Shown here: positions 52,453 to 62,741 of the stretch, piece by piece
Layout of the letters: each line of letters starts with the position of its first letter
Position numbering within the stretch: position 1 is the first letter of the stretch
Source of the DNA: Actinomycetota bacterium
Lineage (GTDB): Bacteria > Actinomycetota > Actinomycetes > Actinomycetales > Microbacteriaceae
Assembly: GCA_041178865.1 (NCBI GenBank)
Contig: JBEGUL010000027.1
Coordinates: 12,152-76,151, forward strand
Direction: 5' to 3'
DNA: 64,000 bases
Made by a program: the position numbers and the translations under genes
Notes under the pieces: model-generated
Told to the model about the DNA's origin: nothing
Databases searched by the model: none
What the model saw: the letters and a program-made list of their open reading frames with translations, nothing else

Positions 52453-52944
52453 ATGCGCATTCACATCGCCACAGACCACGCTGGACTTGAATTCAGCCAG
52501 TTCTTGCAGAACCACCTGACCGAAGCAGGTCACGAGGTCGTTGACCACGGACCCAAGGAATATGACGCTTTGGATGACTATCCCGCGTTCTGCATCAACG
52601 CTGCAGCAGCGGTCGCAGCCGACCAGACTGCTGGCGTGGATGCTCTCGGAATTGTCTTTGGCGGTTCAGGTAATGGTGAGCAGATTGCCGCGAACAAGGT
52701 TTCCGGTATTCGTGCCGCGTTGGTGTGGAGTCAGGCAACAGCTCAGCTGGCTCGTGAACACAACAATGCCAACGTGATTTCTATCGGTGCGCGTCAGCAC
52801 ACACTTGAAGAAGCTGTTGGTTTCATCGACACCTTTATCGCCGAGCCTTTCCCTGGTGACGAGCGTCACGTTCGCCGCATTGCGCAGTTGGCGGAGTATG
52901 AAACCACTGGAGATATTGCCGGCAAGGGCATCGACAAGTACTAG
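52453..52944 (+). CDS. rpiB: Ribose-5-phosphate isomerase B
   Basis: DHAG, DDYP, GGSGNGE, AREHNNAN, RHVRRI. Confidence 0.96.
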   Translation: MRIHIATDHAGLEFSQFLQNHLTEAGHEVVDHGPKEYDALDDYPAFCINAAAAVAADQTAGVDALGIVFGGSGNGEQIAANKVSGIRAALVWSQATAQLAREHNNANVISIGARQHTLEEAVGFIDTFIAEPFPGDERHVRRIAQLAEYETTGDIAGKGIDKY

Positions 52945-52959
52945 TCACCTCTCACACTG

Positions 52960-53967
52960 ATGCCTGAGGGTCACTCCGTTCACCGCATTGCGCGGCAATT
53001 TCGTCGAAATTTCGTCGGTCACACTCTTGAGGTGACCTCCCCGCAAGGACGCTTTGCCGAGGGTGCTTCCATTTTGACAGGAACCACCCTGATTGAAGCG
53101 TGGGCCGTGGGGAAACAAATGTTTCTTGGCTTTGAAGATGATCGCTGGCTGCGCATCCACTTGGGTATCTACGGAGCCTGGGATTTCTCAGGAGAAATCC
53201 TCACAGATGCCACTATTGCTTCGGCAAATGGCCGCATGGGGCAAACCAATCAACACGGAACTGTGGTCTCTCCCGATCACGCTGAAACAGTTCTCGATAT
53301 TGATGGTGAGAATTCCTTGACATCAATTGGTGCGCCGAGAAAAACACGAGTGCGCATGGCCGAAACAGAAAAGATTTCTGGCGAAGAATCAACACACACT
53401 TTCCCGCCAGAACCTCGAGGGCAAGTCCGGGTCAGATTGCTCTCTGAGACAGCATGCGCTGACCTCCGTGGGCCCACTGCGTGTGAGGTGCTGACTCGCG
53501 ACCAGGTGGATGCAGTTCTGTTGAGATTAGGGCCAGATCCTCAGCATGATTCAAGTGACGTGGCAGGTGAGAGATTCGTCAGCACGATTCGCAAAAAGAA
53601 AACAGCAATTGGTTTGCTCTTGATGGATCAGTCTGTCGTTGCGGGCATCGGCAATGTGTATCGAGCAGAGATATTGTTCCGCGCAGGAATAGACCCCTAT
53701 CGACCCGGGAATCTAGTGACTGAGGACGAAGCATGGGGTTTGTGGCGGGACTGGATTAATCTTCTTGCTATTGGTGTGGAGACAGGTCAGATGATGACCA
53801 TTGATGGGTTGGAAGGCGCGGCATGGCGTCGCGCCATGGCTCGGCATATTCATCGGCACTGGGTGTACAAACGTGAAGGTCTGCCATGCCGAACATGTGG
53901 CACACATATTCGTCTCGATGAGATGGCAAACCGCAAGCTTTATTGGTGCCCTTCGTGCCAAACTTGA
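52960..53967 (+). CDS. Fpg/Nei family DNA glycosylase
   Basis: N-terminal PEGH, GK, HLG, LMDQSVVAGIGNVYRAE, C-terminal zinc finger. Confidence 0.95.
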   Translation: MPEGHSVHRIARQFRRNFVGHTLEVTSPQGRFAEGASILTGTTLIEAWAVGKQMFLGFEDDRWLRIHLGIYGAWDFSGEILTDATIASANGRMGQTNQHGTVVSPDHAETVLDIDGENSLTSIGAPRKTRVRMAETEKISGEESTHTFPPEPRGQVRVRLLSETACADLRGPTACEVLTRDQVDAVLLRLGPDPQHDSSDVAGERFVSTIRKKKTAIGLLLMDQSVVAGIGNVYRAEILFRAGIDPYRPGNLVTEDEAWGLWRDWINLLAIGVETGQMMTIDGLEGAAWRRAMARHIHRHWVYKREGLPCRTCGTHIRLDEMANRKLYWCPSCQT

Positions 53968-53970
53968 GCC

Positions 53971-55455
53971 ATGCAGCTCACCCTCACTAACGCGCGTATT
54001 CCTGGTGAACGCGGTCTGATTGGCAGCCTGATCAACGTGGTCATCACTGACGGGGTCATCAGCGATATTCAGTTCGTCGGGGCAACCGGGACAATCAATC
54101 TCGACTTTGACCCAACTGGGGAAACGATTGACTTAGGCGGACGTTTCCTCATCCCTGGGATGTGGGACACCCACACCCACTTCACCTCCTGGTCAATGCT
54201 GTTGCAGCGTTTGAACTTGGAAGGCGTTGAATCTGCTCAGGACGTGGGGGAGCGCGTTAAAGCACGTCACGTAACTCACCCAGGAACCATGGTTGGTTTC
54301 GGATGGCGTGGAAGTCTGTGGGAAGAAGACCCACACTTCAGCATCCTGGATGCCGCCTGCCCAGATGAAGAGGTGTATCTCTTCAGCGGTGATGGTCACA
54401 GTGTGTGGTTGAACTCCAAGGCACTTGAGGTGCGCGGCCATGCTGGTCACCCCACAGGTTTGCTTGTTGAAGATGATTGCTTCGCAATTTGGGGTTCGCT
54501 CGGTGATCTCAGCCCAGAAGAACTCGACAAAGCCGTACTGGAAGCCTCCAAAGTCGCTGCTGCGCGTGGGGTTGTGGGTGTTGTTGACTTTGAGATGGGG
54601 TGGATACTTCCAGACTGGCGTCGCCGCATGGGTAATGGGAATGACTACCTTCAGGTTGAGTTCAGCGTCTACACCGAGAACCTCGACCGTGCGATCGAGA
54701 CGGGCCTGCGCACAGGTGACACCATTGCTTCCACTGAAGGCCTGCTTCGGATGGGTAATTACAAACTCATCTCAGATGGTTCGCTCAATACCCGCACAGC
54801 TTTCTGTCATGACCCGTATCCAGGGCTCACCGGCAAGCATGCCCGGGGCATGCTCAACACGTCCTATGACGACCTGGTCACCTTGATGACCAAGGCGAGC
54901 TCTGCGGGCATCAACTGCTCTATTCACGCCATCGGAGATGACGCCAACACCTTCGCCCTTAATGCCTTTGAAGAAGTGGGTTGTGAAGGAACCATCGAAC
55001 ATGCCCAGCTGCTGGCATGGGAAGACATTCAGCGCTTTGCACAGTTGGGAGTTACGGCCTCTGTTCAGCCAGAGCATGCAATGGATGACCGTGATGTGGC
55101 AGATGTGCTGTGGGCTGGACGCACCGATCGCTGCTTCCCCTTCGCTACCATGCTGGAAGCTGGCGTGAAGCTCTCGATGGGATCAGATGCACCTGTTGCG
55201 CCGCTGGATCCTTGGTTTGCGATTGCCTCCGCCGTTGAGCGCACCCGCGATACTCGCGCTCCTTGGCATCCCGAACAGCGGATTGAACCTCAGGCAGCTC
55301 TTGATGCCTCTGTGCGCACCCGTATCGCTGTGGGGCAGCGTGCCGACCTCTGTGTCGTGGACATTGACCCGCTCTATGCCTCTGTCGAGGAGCTTCGCGC
55401 AATGCCGGTTGCTGCCACCTTGCTGGGTGGTCGCTTTACTCACAACGCGCTGTAG
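53971..55455 (+). CDS. Amidohydrolase (YtcJ-like)
   Basis: IPGMWDTHTH, KLISDGSL, HAIGD, IEHAQ, GSDAPV. Confidence 0.92.
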   Translation: MQLTLTNARIPGERGLIGSLINVVITDGVISDIQFVGATGTINLDFDPTGETIDLGGRFLIPGMWDTHTHFTSWSMLLQRLNLEGVESAQDVGERVKARHVTHPGTMVGFGWRGSLWEEDPHFSILDAACPDEEVYLFSGDGHSVWLNSKALEVRGHAGHPTGLLVEDDCFAIWGSLGDLSPEELDKAVLEASKVAAARGVVGVVDFEMGWILPDWRRRMGNGNDYLQVEFSVYTENLDRAIETGLRTGDTIASTEGLLRMGNYKLISDGSLNTRTAFCHDPYPGLTGKHARGMLNTSYDDLVTLMTKASSAGINCSIHAIGDDANTFALNAFEEVGCEGTIEHAQLLAWEDIQRFAQLGVTASVQPEHAMDDRDVADVLWAGRTDRCFPFATMLEAGVKLSMGSDAPVAPLDPWFAIASAVERTRDTRAPWHPEQRIEPQAALDASVRTRIAVGQRADLCVVDIDPLYASVEELRAMPVAATLLGGRFTHNAL

Positions 55456-55465
55456 TTTCTTTCCC

Positions 55466-56374
55466 ATGTCCACAACACATCGCACACGAGGGTACGGCTG
55501 GTTCCTGTACCCCGGGCTTGCCGTGCTTGTGGTGTTCTTCTTTGGAATGTTCTTCTGGAACGTAGGGATAGGCCTGCTCAAGTGGCCAGGTTATGGACCA
55601 GCCAAGTGGGTGGGGTTCGATAACTTCCGCATCATTTTTGAGAACAAAGACTTCTGGGAATCCTGGGCACATGCCGCGTGGTATGTGGTTCCATTTTCAC
55701 TGTTACCAACCGTAATTGGCCTTGTTCTCGCTGTTGCTACCTACGACGCTTTTGTGGGCAAATGGGGTTCCAAGATGGTCTCTGTTGCCCGAACCGGATT
55801 CTTCCTGCCGCAGATTGTGCCTATTGCTGTCTCGGGAATGATCTGGATGTGGATGTTGAATGGCTCTGATGGGGCCATCAATTCGCTGCTCGATGGGCTT
55901 GGACTTGGTTCGCTTCAGCAAGACTGGCTGCGCGAGCCGGACACTGCACTGATTGCCGTTTCTGCCTTCATGCTGTGGTTGCAGACAGGTTTTGCCTATG
56001 TGGTGTTCTTAGCCGGGCTGTCCAGGCTTGATCCTTCCATTGTGGAGGCATCAGAACTCGATGGCGCAAACTGGGCACAGCGTTTGCGCTGGGTCACTGG
56101 GCCCTCGCTAAGACCTGAAACTTTTGTCGTTCTCCTGTTTCTCACCATTGGTGCGCTTAAAGTCTTTGCCCCCGTGTTTTATCTCACGGGCGGTGGACCC
56201 TATGGCAGCACTACTTCACCAGCAACCTTTGCCATTGACAGCTTCTTTGGTGGAGCATCAGTAGGTATTGGTTCTGCTCTGGTCACAACACTGGCTCTGA
56301 TTATCGGAGCTGTGCTGGGGCTGACGTTCCTTGTTGTGAAACTGCGCAAGAAGGCGGTGGCAGCTCATGAATAA
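55466..56374 (+). CDS. Carbohydrate ABC transporter permease
   Basis: WVGFDNF, FFLPQIVP, EASELDGAN (EAA motif). Start ATG 55466. Confidence 0.93.
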   Translation: MSTTHRTRGYGWFLYPGLAVLVVFFFGMFFWNVGIGLLKWPGYGPAKWVGFDNFRIIFENKDFWESWAHAAWYVVPFSLLPTVIGLVLAVATYDAFVGKWGSKMVSVARTGFFLPQIVPIAVSGMIWMWMLNGSDGAINSLLDGLGLGSLQQDWLREPDTALIAVSAFMLWLQTGFAYVVFLAGLSRLDPSIVEASELDGANWAQRLRWVTGPSLRPETFVVLLFLTIGALKVFAPVFYLTGGGPYGSTTSPATFAIDSFFGGASVGIGSALVTTLALIIGAVLGLTFLVVKLRKKAVAAHE

Positions 56375-57203
56375 ATCCACCTTCAGCTGGTCGCGCAGTG
56401 TTGTTCTGCGCTTGGTCATCGTTCTTGCACTGGTCTGGCTATTGCCTGTCATCATGGTTGTTCTGGCATCGCTGAAGTCCAGTCAAGACTTTTCCACCAG
56501 TGGCTTCCTTGAGTTGCCCACAGAGATTGCCTGGAAGAACTTTGAAATGTTCTTCGGCGGCATCAATATTGGTCAGAAGATTCTCAACTCCTTCACCATC
56601 AGCCTGGGGGCTGTATTCATCAGCTTGCTGTTGGCATTCCCGGTTGCCTATGCCGTGAGTGTGGGCAAGCACCGTTTGCGACCTGTCGTCATCACCTTGA
56701 GCGTCTTGATCTTCTTATTGCCTGTGGAGTCAGTGGCATTCCCCATCTATTTGCTCTCCAAGCTGACCGGTCAATACGGCAGTATCGGGTTCTTGATCAT
56801 GCCGCTGGGAATTATCGGTAGCGCATTCGCCATCTTCCTGCTGGCGAATGTGATGAATCATATTCCTGGCTCACTGGCAGAAGCTGCAGAGATTGATGGT
56901 GCCAATAAGTGGCAGGTGATGTGGAAGGTCGTGCTCCCACTGATGACCCCAACTGTGCTGACGGTTGCACTCCTGTTGTTTGTAAACAACTGGAATGAAT
57001 ACCTGCTCACCTTGCTTCTCTTGCCTGACTCAGAGAGTCAGACCGTCCCATTAGCCATTTCGATGGTCAACTATGGGCAGTTCGGCGGGGCGCCAGGAGA
57101 ACTCATCGCTGCAGCCAGTGTTCTGGCAGCGCTGCCATCCTTGCTCGTGTTCTTGTTCTTCCAGCGCACCTTGGTGCGAGGTATTACGGCGGGAACGCAG
57201 TAG
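56367..57203 (+). CDS. Carbohydrate ABC transporter permease
   Basis: EAAEIDGAN, WNEYL, FLFFQR..VRG. Confidence 0.93.
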   Translation: MNKSTFSWSRSVVLRLVIVLALVWLLPVIMVVLASLKSSQDFSTSGFLELPTEIAWKNFEMFFGGINIGQKILNSFTISLGAVFISLLLAFPVAYAVSVGKHRLRPVVITLSVLIFLLPVESVAFPIYLLSKLTGQYGSIGFLIMPLGIIGSAFAIFLLANVMNHIPGSLAEAAEIDGANKWQVMWKVVLPLMTPTVLTVALLLFVNNWNEYLLTLLLLPDSESQTVPLAISMVNYGQFGGAPGELIAAASVLAALPSLLVFLFFQRTLVRGITAGTQ

Positions 57204-57229
57204 TTCTAGGCTGTTGCTGAGGGGGAATC

Positions 57230-57367
57230 ATGAAAAAGAACGAAGAGCTCGATGATGATCTGAACATCGAAGAGGCCATGGAAGACGATGGTTACACTTC
57301 GGGCACTGGCATTTTTGGAACTATCGCCGCTCAGATTGCTAACTTCTTTGGGTACTTCTTTCGCTAA
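57230..57367 (+). CDS. Small 45-aa protein (not in ORF track)
   Basis: TAGGCT -10, GAGGGGG RBS; [45 protein letters not shown]. Confidence 0.6.
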   Translation: MKKNEELDDDLNIEEAMEDDGYTSGTGIFGTIAAQIANFFGYFFR

Positions 57368-58692
57368 CGCGCATGCACTGTCGCCAGTTCATCCCAACGA
57401 GTGGTGGCGCGCAGGGAGAGCATCTCTCTCTTCATCTCCCAATGACGGGGGGATTTGAAGCCGGCGGCGCCTAAGCCAATGCTGAAGGCGCCGTGCTTCT
57501 CCATCACGGTATCCAGTACTTCACCCAGCTGTCTGCTCTCATGGATGGGGGTGAAGAGATCGAGGTATTGGTGGGAGCTCTTGGGGCTCACATCGTGGAG
57601 CATGATTCCTGCCCGCACATACTTCCTGCCATCCTCAACACAGTTCAAGAGGACAGAACTCGCTGCTTTGAGGATCTCCACTGGGTCATTGGTAGGAACC
57701 GAAAACACTGCGTTTCTGTAGGGGGAGTGGAAGGGTTCGTTGGCAAAGCGGGAGGTGCCGGCGAAGCAGGTCAATGCTCCGGCCACAGAACCCTGCTTAC
57801 GCAGACGTTTGCTGACCCGTTGGGCATAGACCGCTAATACTTCTTCCATCTGCTTACGCGTGGTCACAGGGGTTGCAAAGCTGCGTGAGTACATCACCTG
57901 GTTTTTCACTAAACGCTCACCTTCGAGCTTGATGCAGTCAATGCCGCGCAGCTCATAAAGCGAGCGTTGCACCACCACACCAAACTTCTTCTTGATGCGG
58001 ACCGGGTCCGCATCTCGCAGGTCCTTGATGGTGTGGATACCGATACTGTTTAGGCGTTTACTCAGGCGCCGGGCAATGCCCCAGATGTTGTCCACGGGTA
58101 GAGCAGTCATGATGTGGTCAATCTGTTCCGGGGTGAAGGTGTCGAGATTACACACCCCGCCCAGGCCAGCAGACTTCTTCGCCCCACTGTTGGCGAGCTT
58201 GGCTTGGGTTTTGGATCGGCCAATGCCCACGCAAACCGGCAGCCCCAGTTTGTTCTGAATAGCTTCTTTGATCTCATAACCAATCGCCACGAGTTGTTCC
58301 GGGGTGCCCTTGAGCTCAAGGAAAGCCTCGTCCACGCTATAGACCTCCACGTTGGCGGAGAACTCATGCAGAATGCTCATCACGCGAGAAGACAGGTCGC
58401 CATACAGCTCATAGTTGGACGACTTAGCCACCAATCCCACCGACGGTGCCCAGGCAGAGATCTTGAACCAGGGGATGCCCATCTTCACGCCGAGCGCCTT
58501 AGCTTCTTTGCTCAGTGCCACCACGCATCCGTCGTTGTTGGAGAGCACCACAACAGGCTTACCTTCCAAGCTGGGGTCAAAGACGCGCTCGCAGGAGGCG
58601 AAGAAACTATTGACGTCAACTAAGGCAATGCGGCGCTGAGATTCGGGAAGAGATGCTGAATCAAGCACTGAATTAGACGCTGAATTAGACAT
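57364..58692 (-). CDS. umuC: Y-family DNA polymerase V catalytic subunit (UmuC-like)
   Basis: [51 protein letters not shown]...TTRW. Confidence 0.92.
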   Translation of the reverse strand: MSNSASNSVLDSASLPESQRRIALVDVNSFFASCERVFDPSLEGKPVVVLSNNDGCVVALSKEAKALGVKMGIPWFKISAWAPSVGLVAKSSNYELYGDLSSRVMSILHEFSANVEVYSVDEAFLELKGTPEQLVAIGYEIKEAIQNKLGLPVCVGIGRSKTQAKLANSGAKKSAGLGGVCNLDTFTPEQIDHIMTALPVDNIWGIARRLSKRLNSIGIHTIKDLRDADPVRIKKKFGVVVQRSLYELRGIDCIKLEGERLVKNQVMYSRSFATPVTTRKQMEEVLAVYAQRVSKRLRKQGSVAGALTCFAGTSRFANEPFHSPYRNAVFSVPTNDPVEILKAASSVLLNCVEDGRKYVRAGIMLHDVSPKSSHQYLDLFTPIHESRQLGEVLDTVMEKHGAFSIGLGAAGFKSPRHWEMKREMLSLRATTRWDELATVHAR

Positions 58693-59122
58693 GGTGCAAA
58701 CACCTCGTGACAACACCCCAAATGGTGAGTTCACTGAGGGTGTCTACGGAAATGTCCGGAAAGCGGGGATTCTCTGCTTTCAAGAGAACGTGTTCTGAAC
58801 GAATGTAAAGACGCTTGAGAGTTAGCTCACCATCGAGCACTGCCACCACGACGTCACCGTCGCGAGGTGTCAGGGCTCGATCCACGATGACTTCATCGCC
58901 GTCGCTAATTCCAGCATTCTTCATGCTGTCGCCGGCCACTCTCACGATGAACGTGGAGTTCACGTCTTTGATCAAGTGAGTGTTGAGGTCTACTCGGCCA
59001 TCAAAATAATCTTGCGCGGGGGAGGGGAAACCTGCTTGCACTGCCGTGGAGGCGGCCAGAATCGCCGGGAGCGACTCTCCCGAGAGTGGTCGAACCACTA
59101 ATTCTGTTCTTGGCTGCGCCAT
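58685..59122 (-). CDS. umuD: UmuD-like autopeptidase (S24 family)
   Basis: [10 protein letters not shown] cleavage site, GDSM serine, TLKRL lysine; GGAGGGG RBS. Confidence 0.92.
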   Translation of the reverse strand: MAQPRTELVVRPLSGESLPAILAASTAVQAGFPSPAQDYFDGRVDLNTHLIKDVNSTFIVRVAGDSMKNAGISDGDEVIVDRALTPRDGDVVVAVLDGELTLKRLYIRSEHVLLKAENPRFPDISVDTLSELTIWGVVTRCLHHV

Positions 59123-59141
59123 GCGGATCCCCTCCTGCTGT

Positions 59142-59157
59142 TCGAATATATCTTCGA
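59142..59157 (-). promoter_or_regulatory. Putative LexA (SOS) box upstream of umuD
   Basis: TCGAATATATCTTCGA versus actinobacterial consensus TCGAAC-N4-GTTCGA (2 mismatches), 20 nt upstream of the start codon. Confidence 0.7.
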
Positions 59158-59224
59158 ATAGTTGAGCATAGCCCACGGACACTGGGTGTTGTCCAGTCGA
59201 GAATTTCAGCCCAGGGGAAAGAAG

Positions 59225-59250
59225 AAATCCCCCGCATTCGCGGGGGATTT
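59225..59250 (-). terminator. Terminator after tRNA-Gly
   Basis: AAATCCCCCGC-ATTC-GCGGGGGATTT. Confidence 0.85.
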
Positions 59251-59258
59251 ACTCATTC

Positions 59259-59332
59259 TGGAGGGGATGACGGGAATCGAACCCGCGTGATCAGTTTGGA
59301 AGACTGAGGCTCTACCATTGAGCTACATCCCC
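59259..59332 (-). tRNA. tRNA-Gly (TCC)
   Basis: GGGGATGTAGCTCAATGGTAGAGCCTCAGTCTTCCAAACTGATCACGCGGGTTCGATTCCCGTCATCCCCTCCA. Confidence 0.97.
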
Positions 59333-59461
59333 GTGCTGCCCACGACCAGTTGGCGCGGGGCACTCGACCTATCTTATACGTTAGAGTGGTACTCGGTCAT
59401 TTCGCCTCGGCGAATACCGGACTTGCGTGAGTTTCTTTCATGAATAACTTCAGTGCAGGAC

Positions 59462-59539
59462 CGGGGCGTAGCTCAGCTTGGCTAGAGCGCCCGCTTTGGG
59501 AGCGGGAGGTCGCAGGTTCGAATCCTGTCGCCCCGACCA
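59462..59539 (+). tRNA. tRNA-Pro (TGG)
   Basis: CGGGGCGTAGCTCAGCTTGGCTAGAGCGCCCGCTTTGGGAGCGGGAGGTCGCAGGTTCGAATCCTGTCGCCCCGACCA. Confidence 0.97.
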
Positions 59540-59577
59540 CATCCAGATCCATCACCATCAAGCAGGAGTACCCCTTC

Positions 59578-60942
59578 GTGAAGACCAAGGTCGAAAACTT
59601 AAGCAACACTCGCGCGAAGCTCACCATCACGGTGACCGCAGATGAGCTCAAGCCAGCAATCAAGCACGCATACGAGCACATTGCTGAATCACTCAACGTT
59701 CCCGGATTCCGCAAGGGCAAGGCCCCTGCGACTCTGATTGACCAGCGCGTTGGCCGCATGGCTGTGCTGGAGCACGCTGTGAACGAAGGCCTCGAAGGTT
59801 TCTACCGCCAGGCAGTCATCGATGAGAAGGTGCGCCCCATGGGTCGCCCCGCAGCAGACATCACCACCTGGCCAGCCGAGAAGGACTTCACCGGTGACCT
59901 CGTTGTCACCATCGAGGTTGACGTTCGTCCCGAGGTCAAGCTTCCCAAGATCGATGGAATCACCGTTGAGGTTGAAGCTGCTGCTGTCTCCAAGGAAGAC
60001 GTTCAGAAAGAACTCGACGAACTGCGTAGCCGCTTCGGCACCCTCGTCACCGTTGACCGTCCAGCAAAGAAGGGCGACTTTGCTCAGCTTGACCTGGTTG
60101 CAACCATTGGTGGCACCGAGGTTGACACTGCACAGTCCATCTCCTACGAAGTTGGCTCTGGCGAACTCATCGAGGGCATCGACGAAGCTATTGAGTCACT
60201 CACCGCTGGTGAGTCCACCACCTTCGAGTCCAACCTCCTTGGTGGCGACCACGAAGGCGAGAAGGCACAGATTGCTGTCACCATCACCGCTGTCAAGGAG
60301 CGCGAGCTTCCTCAGGCTGACGATGACTTCGCTCAGATCGCTTCTGAATTCGACACCATTGCTGAGCTGACCGAGAGCCTCAAGGCTCAGGCAGAGCAGC
60401 GCAAGGTTGCTGTTCAGGCTCGTGAAGCACGCGAGAAGCTTGTTGCCAAGCTCGTTGCAGACGCAAAGATTGAAGTTCCTCAGGGCATCATCGATGACGA
60501 GGTTCACCGCCACCTCGAGGGTGAGGGGCGTCTCGAAGATGACAAGCACCGCGCAGAGGTTATCGAAGAGTCACAGACTCTCTTCGCAACTCAGATCTTG
60601 CTCGACACGATCGCTGAGTCCGAAGATGTTCAGGTCAGCCAGGACGAGCTCACTCAGTACATCATCCAGGGTGCAATGCAGTACCAGATGGATCCTTCTG
60701 AATTCGCTAAGGTCCTCACCGAGAACAACCAGATTGCTTCCATGGTTGCTGAAGTTGCCCGTAACAAGGCCGTCAGCATCATCTTGGGCAAGGCCAAGGT
60801 TGTGGACACCAAGGGTAAGGCTGTTGACATGAGCGCATTCGCACTCGTCGAAGACAAGAAGGCTGAGAAGCCCGCCAAGGCTGAGAAGGCTCCTGCCGAG
60901 AAGAAGCCCGCTGCTAAGAAGCCCGCAGCAAAGAAGGACTAG
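59578..60942 (+). CDS. tig: Trigger factor
   Basis: [10 protein letters not shown] ribosome-binding motif, FKBP domain, DDDFA. GTG start with AGGAG RBS. Confidence 0.98.
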   Translation: MKTKVENLSNTRAKLTITVTADELKPAIKHAYEHIAESLNVPGFRKGKAPATLIDQRVGRMAVLEHAVNEGLEGFYRQAVIDEKVRPMGRPAADITTWPAEKDFTGDLVVTIEVDVRPEVKLPKIDGITVEVEAAAVSKEDVQKELDELRSRFGTLVTVDRPAKKGDFAQLDLVATIGGTEVDTAQSISYEVGSGELIEGIDEAIESLTAGESTTFESNLLGGDHEGEKAQIAVTITAVKERELPQADDDFAQIASEFDTIAELTESLKAQAEQRKVAVQAREAREKLVAKLVADAKIEVPQGIIDDEVHRHLEGEGRLEDDKHRAEVIEESQTLFATQILLDTIAESEDVQVSQDELTQYIIQGAMQYQMDPSEFAKVLTENNQIASMVAEVARNKAVSIILGKAKVVDTKGKAVDMSAFALVEDKKAEKPAKAEKAPAEKKPAAKKPAAKKD

Positions 60943-60962
60943 TCCTTCGCTACGAACTACAT

Positions 60963-60988
60963 AACCCCCGCAGGAAACTGCGGGGGTT
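60963..60988 (+). terminator. Terminator after tig
   Basis: AACCCCCGCAG-GAAA-CTGCGGGGGTT. Confidence 0.88.
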
Positions 60989-61034
60989 TGTTCGTTAACT
61001 CGCTGCCCTCATAGCGGGCAACTAGTCTTTCTTT

Positions 61035-61607
61035 ATGTTCACTAAATCCCGATTAGCACTGGCAGCATTCTTTGTTGCGGTTCTCACTTTGATCCCGCTT
61101 TCTGCTTCTGCATCAGTTCCGAGGATTTCAGCAACTCCTAGTTCTTCAAGTCTTGCGCCGGCGCAATCTGTCGCTGTGAATTTTGTGTTAGATGAGCCCA
61201 TCGTTTGCTCCACAAATCCCTGCGATGTCACCCTCGATTTCTCGAGTGTTTTAGCGTTAGGGCTGACAGCTTCAACTAATTCGGTGAACTGGACTGCTGC
61301 AGATTGGGCGCAAACACGGACAATAACTTTTACGTTAGATCCGAACACCCCAGCAACTCATCCACAGGCCGTTAATCTTTCCGTTGCTGCTCAATCAAAT
61401 TCTGAGTACTACCGTGCATACAGAATAAATCTCACGATCAATGTGGTTGTTCCGGACATTCGGCCTACAGCTTCGCCCACACCTGACCAGCTAGCAGTGA
61501 CGGGTGGGAATTTGTGGCAAGGAATCGCTCTTGCCTTGATCTCTGTGACCGCAGGCCTTGGTTTATATACAACTGGTGTGTATCTCCGCCGTAAACGTCG
61601 CAGCTGA
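61035..61607 (+). CDS. Secreted, probably cell-wall-anchored protein (LAxTG sorting signal)
   Basis: Signal peptide ending ASA, beta-rich domain, LAVTG + TM helix + RRKRRS tail. Confidence 0.75.
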   Translation: MFTKSRLALAAFFVAVLTLIPLSASASVPRISATPSSSSLAPAQSVAVNFVLDEPIVCSTNPCDVTLDFSSVLALGLTASTNSVNWTAADWAQTRTITFTLDPNTPATHPQAVNLSVAAQSNSEYYRAYRINLTINVVVPDIRPTASPTPDQLAVTGGNLWQGIALALISVTAGLGLYTTGVYLRRKRRS

Positions 61608-61622
61608 CAACCGAACTTAGAG

Positions 61623-62741
61623 TTAAATCAGCGCGGGTAGCTGTGCTTTCATCTCCACAGTTCCATCTTCAGTATTTACGAGAGACCATGTTCCGTTGAA
61701 CTTACTCACCCAGGCATCGACAACCGCAGTGCCTGACCCTGTCTTTCCGCTTTGATCGTCTAAGTGAGTCCCATTGTTCTCGATTGACACGGTGATGTTT
61801 CCAGCACTGTCATAGGTCGACTTAATCGTGCAGTGTTCGGCTTTGCCATGAAGAGCTGCATTGAGCAGTGCTTGCTCACAGATCCGATACACCGCAAGCT
61901 CTTGCTCAGGATTGATGTGTGCAGTGGGCGCATCAAGGTGCAATGTTACCTTCATCGAATTCCGATACCGCTGCGTAAGTTCAGTGATGCAGTGATTGAG
62001 CCCTAGTACCGCGATGTCGGGACTGAGTAACCTACTTGCATCACGAACATCGAATCGACGAATTTCTTCAAGCTCTGCAACAACAGATCGAATTTCAGCT
62101 TTGTGTTGTTCTGAGAGTTTTTCTGAAATATTCTTCAGCTCTAGGTTTGCTACAACAAGACCAGCTTGGACGCGGTCGTGAAGGAAATCAGCAACTTCAC
62201 GTCTGGTGTCTTCATCGGCTTGAAGGAGTAGTGAGCGTTGCCTGTCGACTTCTGCAAGAGCGTTTTCGGCTCGACTTGCTTGTGCCAAGACGCGCTTTTC
62301 TCCCACCCCGAAAATGATCGAAACGGACAAAATCACGAGATAGACCCGCAAAGTATTGAAACCTGCGTCTTGAAGGGAGCGCCCATAAACAGTTCCGTAG
62401 ATACTGGCAAACGCGGCCGCGACAATGAATATTCCGGTGTGGTAGCAGAGCTGTTTGCTTCGCAACGTCGTGCATTTGTGGATTAATCGTGCGACGAGCC
62501 AGAAACTAAGCCCTAAGGAGAAGCCAATGACAAGACTTGTGGGAAAGCTTGCAAGCCAAGCTGAAATAGGTGCTTTTCCAGCTCCTACAGCTGCCCGAAC
62601 ATCTGAGAATTGGTTCAAGAACGCGGCAATCACACCAAAGCCAATGGGATGGATTGACCAAGGGCCTGCAACGAATGTGGGGATAGCGCCTGCGAGGCGT
62701 GCAAGTTCTGAGAACAACCTATTCCGTGTTGGACCAGGCAT
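61623..62741 (-). CDS. Membrane sensor histidine kinase (HisKA_3/NarX-like)
   Basis: N-terminal TM helices, RREVADFLHDRVQ H-box, YRICEQALLNAALHG N-box, ENNG, GSG. Confidence 0.9.
   Translation of the reverse strand: MPGPTRNRLFSELARLAGAIPTFVAGPWSIHPIGFGVIAAFLNQFSDVRAAVGAGKAPISAWLASFPTSLVIGFSLGLSFWLVARLIHKCTTLRSKQLCYHTGIFIVAAAFASIYGTVYGRSLQDAGFNTLRVYLVILSVSIIFGVGEKRVLAQASRAENALAEVDRQRSLLLQADEDTRREVADFLHDRVQAGLVVANLELKNISEKLSEQHKAEIRSVVAELEEIRRFDVRDASRLLSPDIAVLGLNHCITELTQRYRNSMKVTLHLDAPTAHINPEQELAVYRICEQALLNAALHGKAEHCTIKSTYDSAGNITVSIENNGTHLDDQSGKTGSGTAVVDAWVSKFNGTWSLVNTEDGTVEMKAQLPALI

Noticed and set aside
55187-55465. N-terminal extension of the first sugar permease
   Set aside because: It overlaps the amidohydrolase; ATG 55466 has a -10 at leaderless spacing.
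57200-59332. Integrated element at tRNA-Gly bounded by an att duplication
   Set aside because: No convincing repeat of the tRNA 3' end (only a weak GAGGGG-like match near 57220) and no integrase.
59440-59577. N-terminal extension of trigger factor
   Set aside because: It runs through tRNA-Pro; the real start is GTG 59578.
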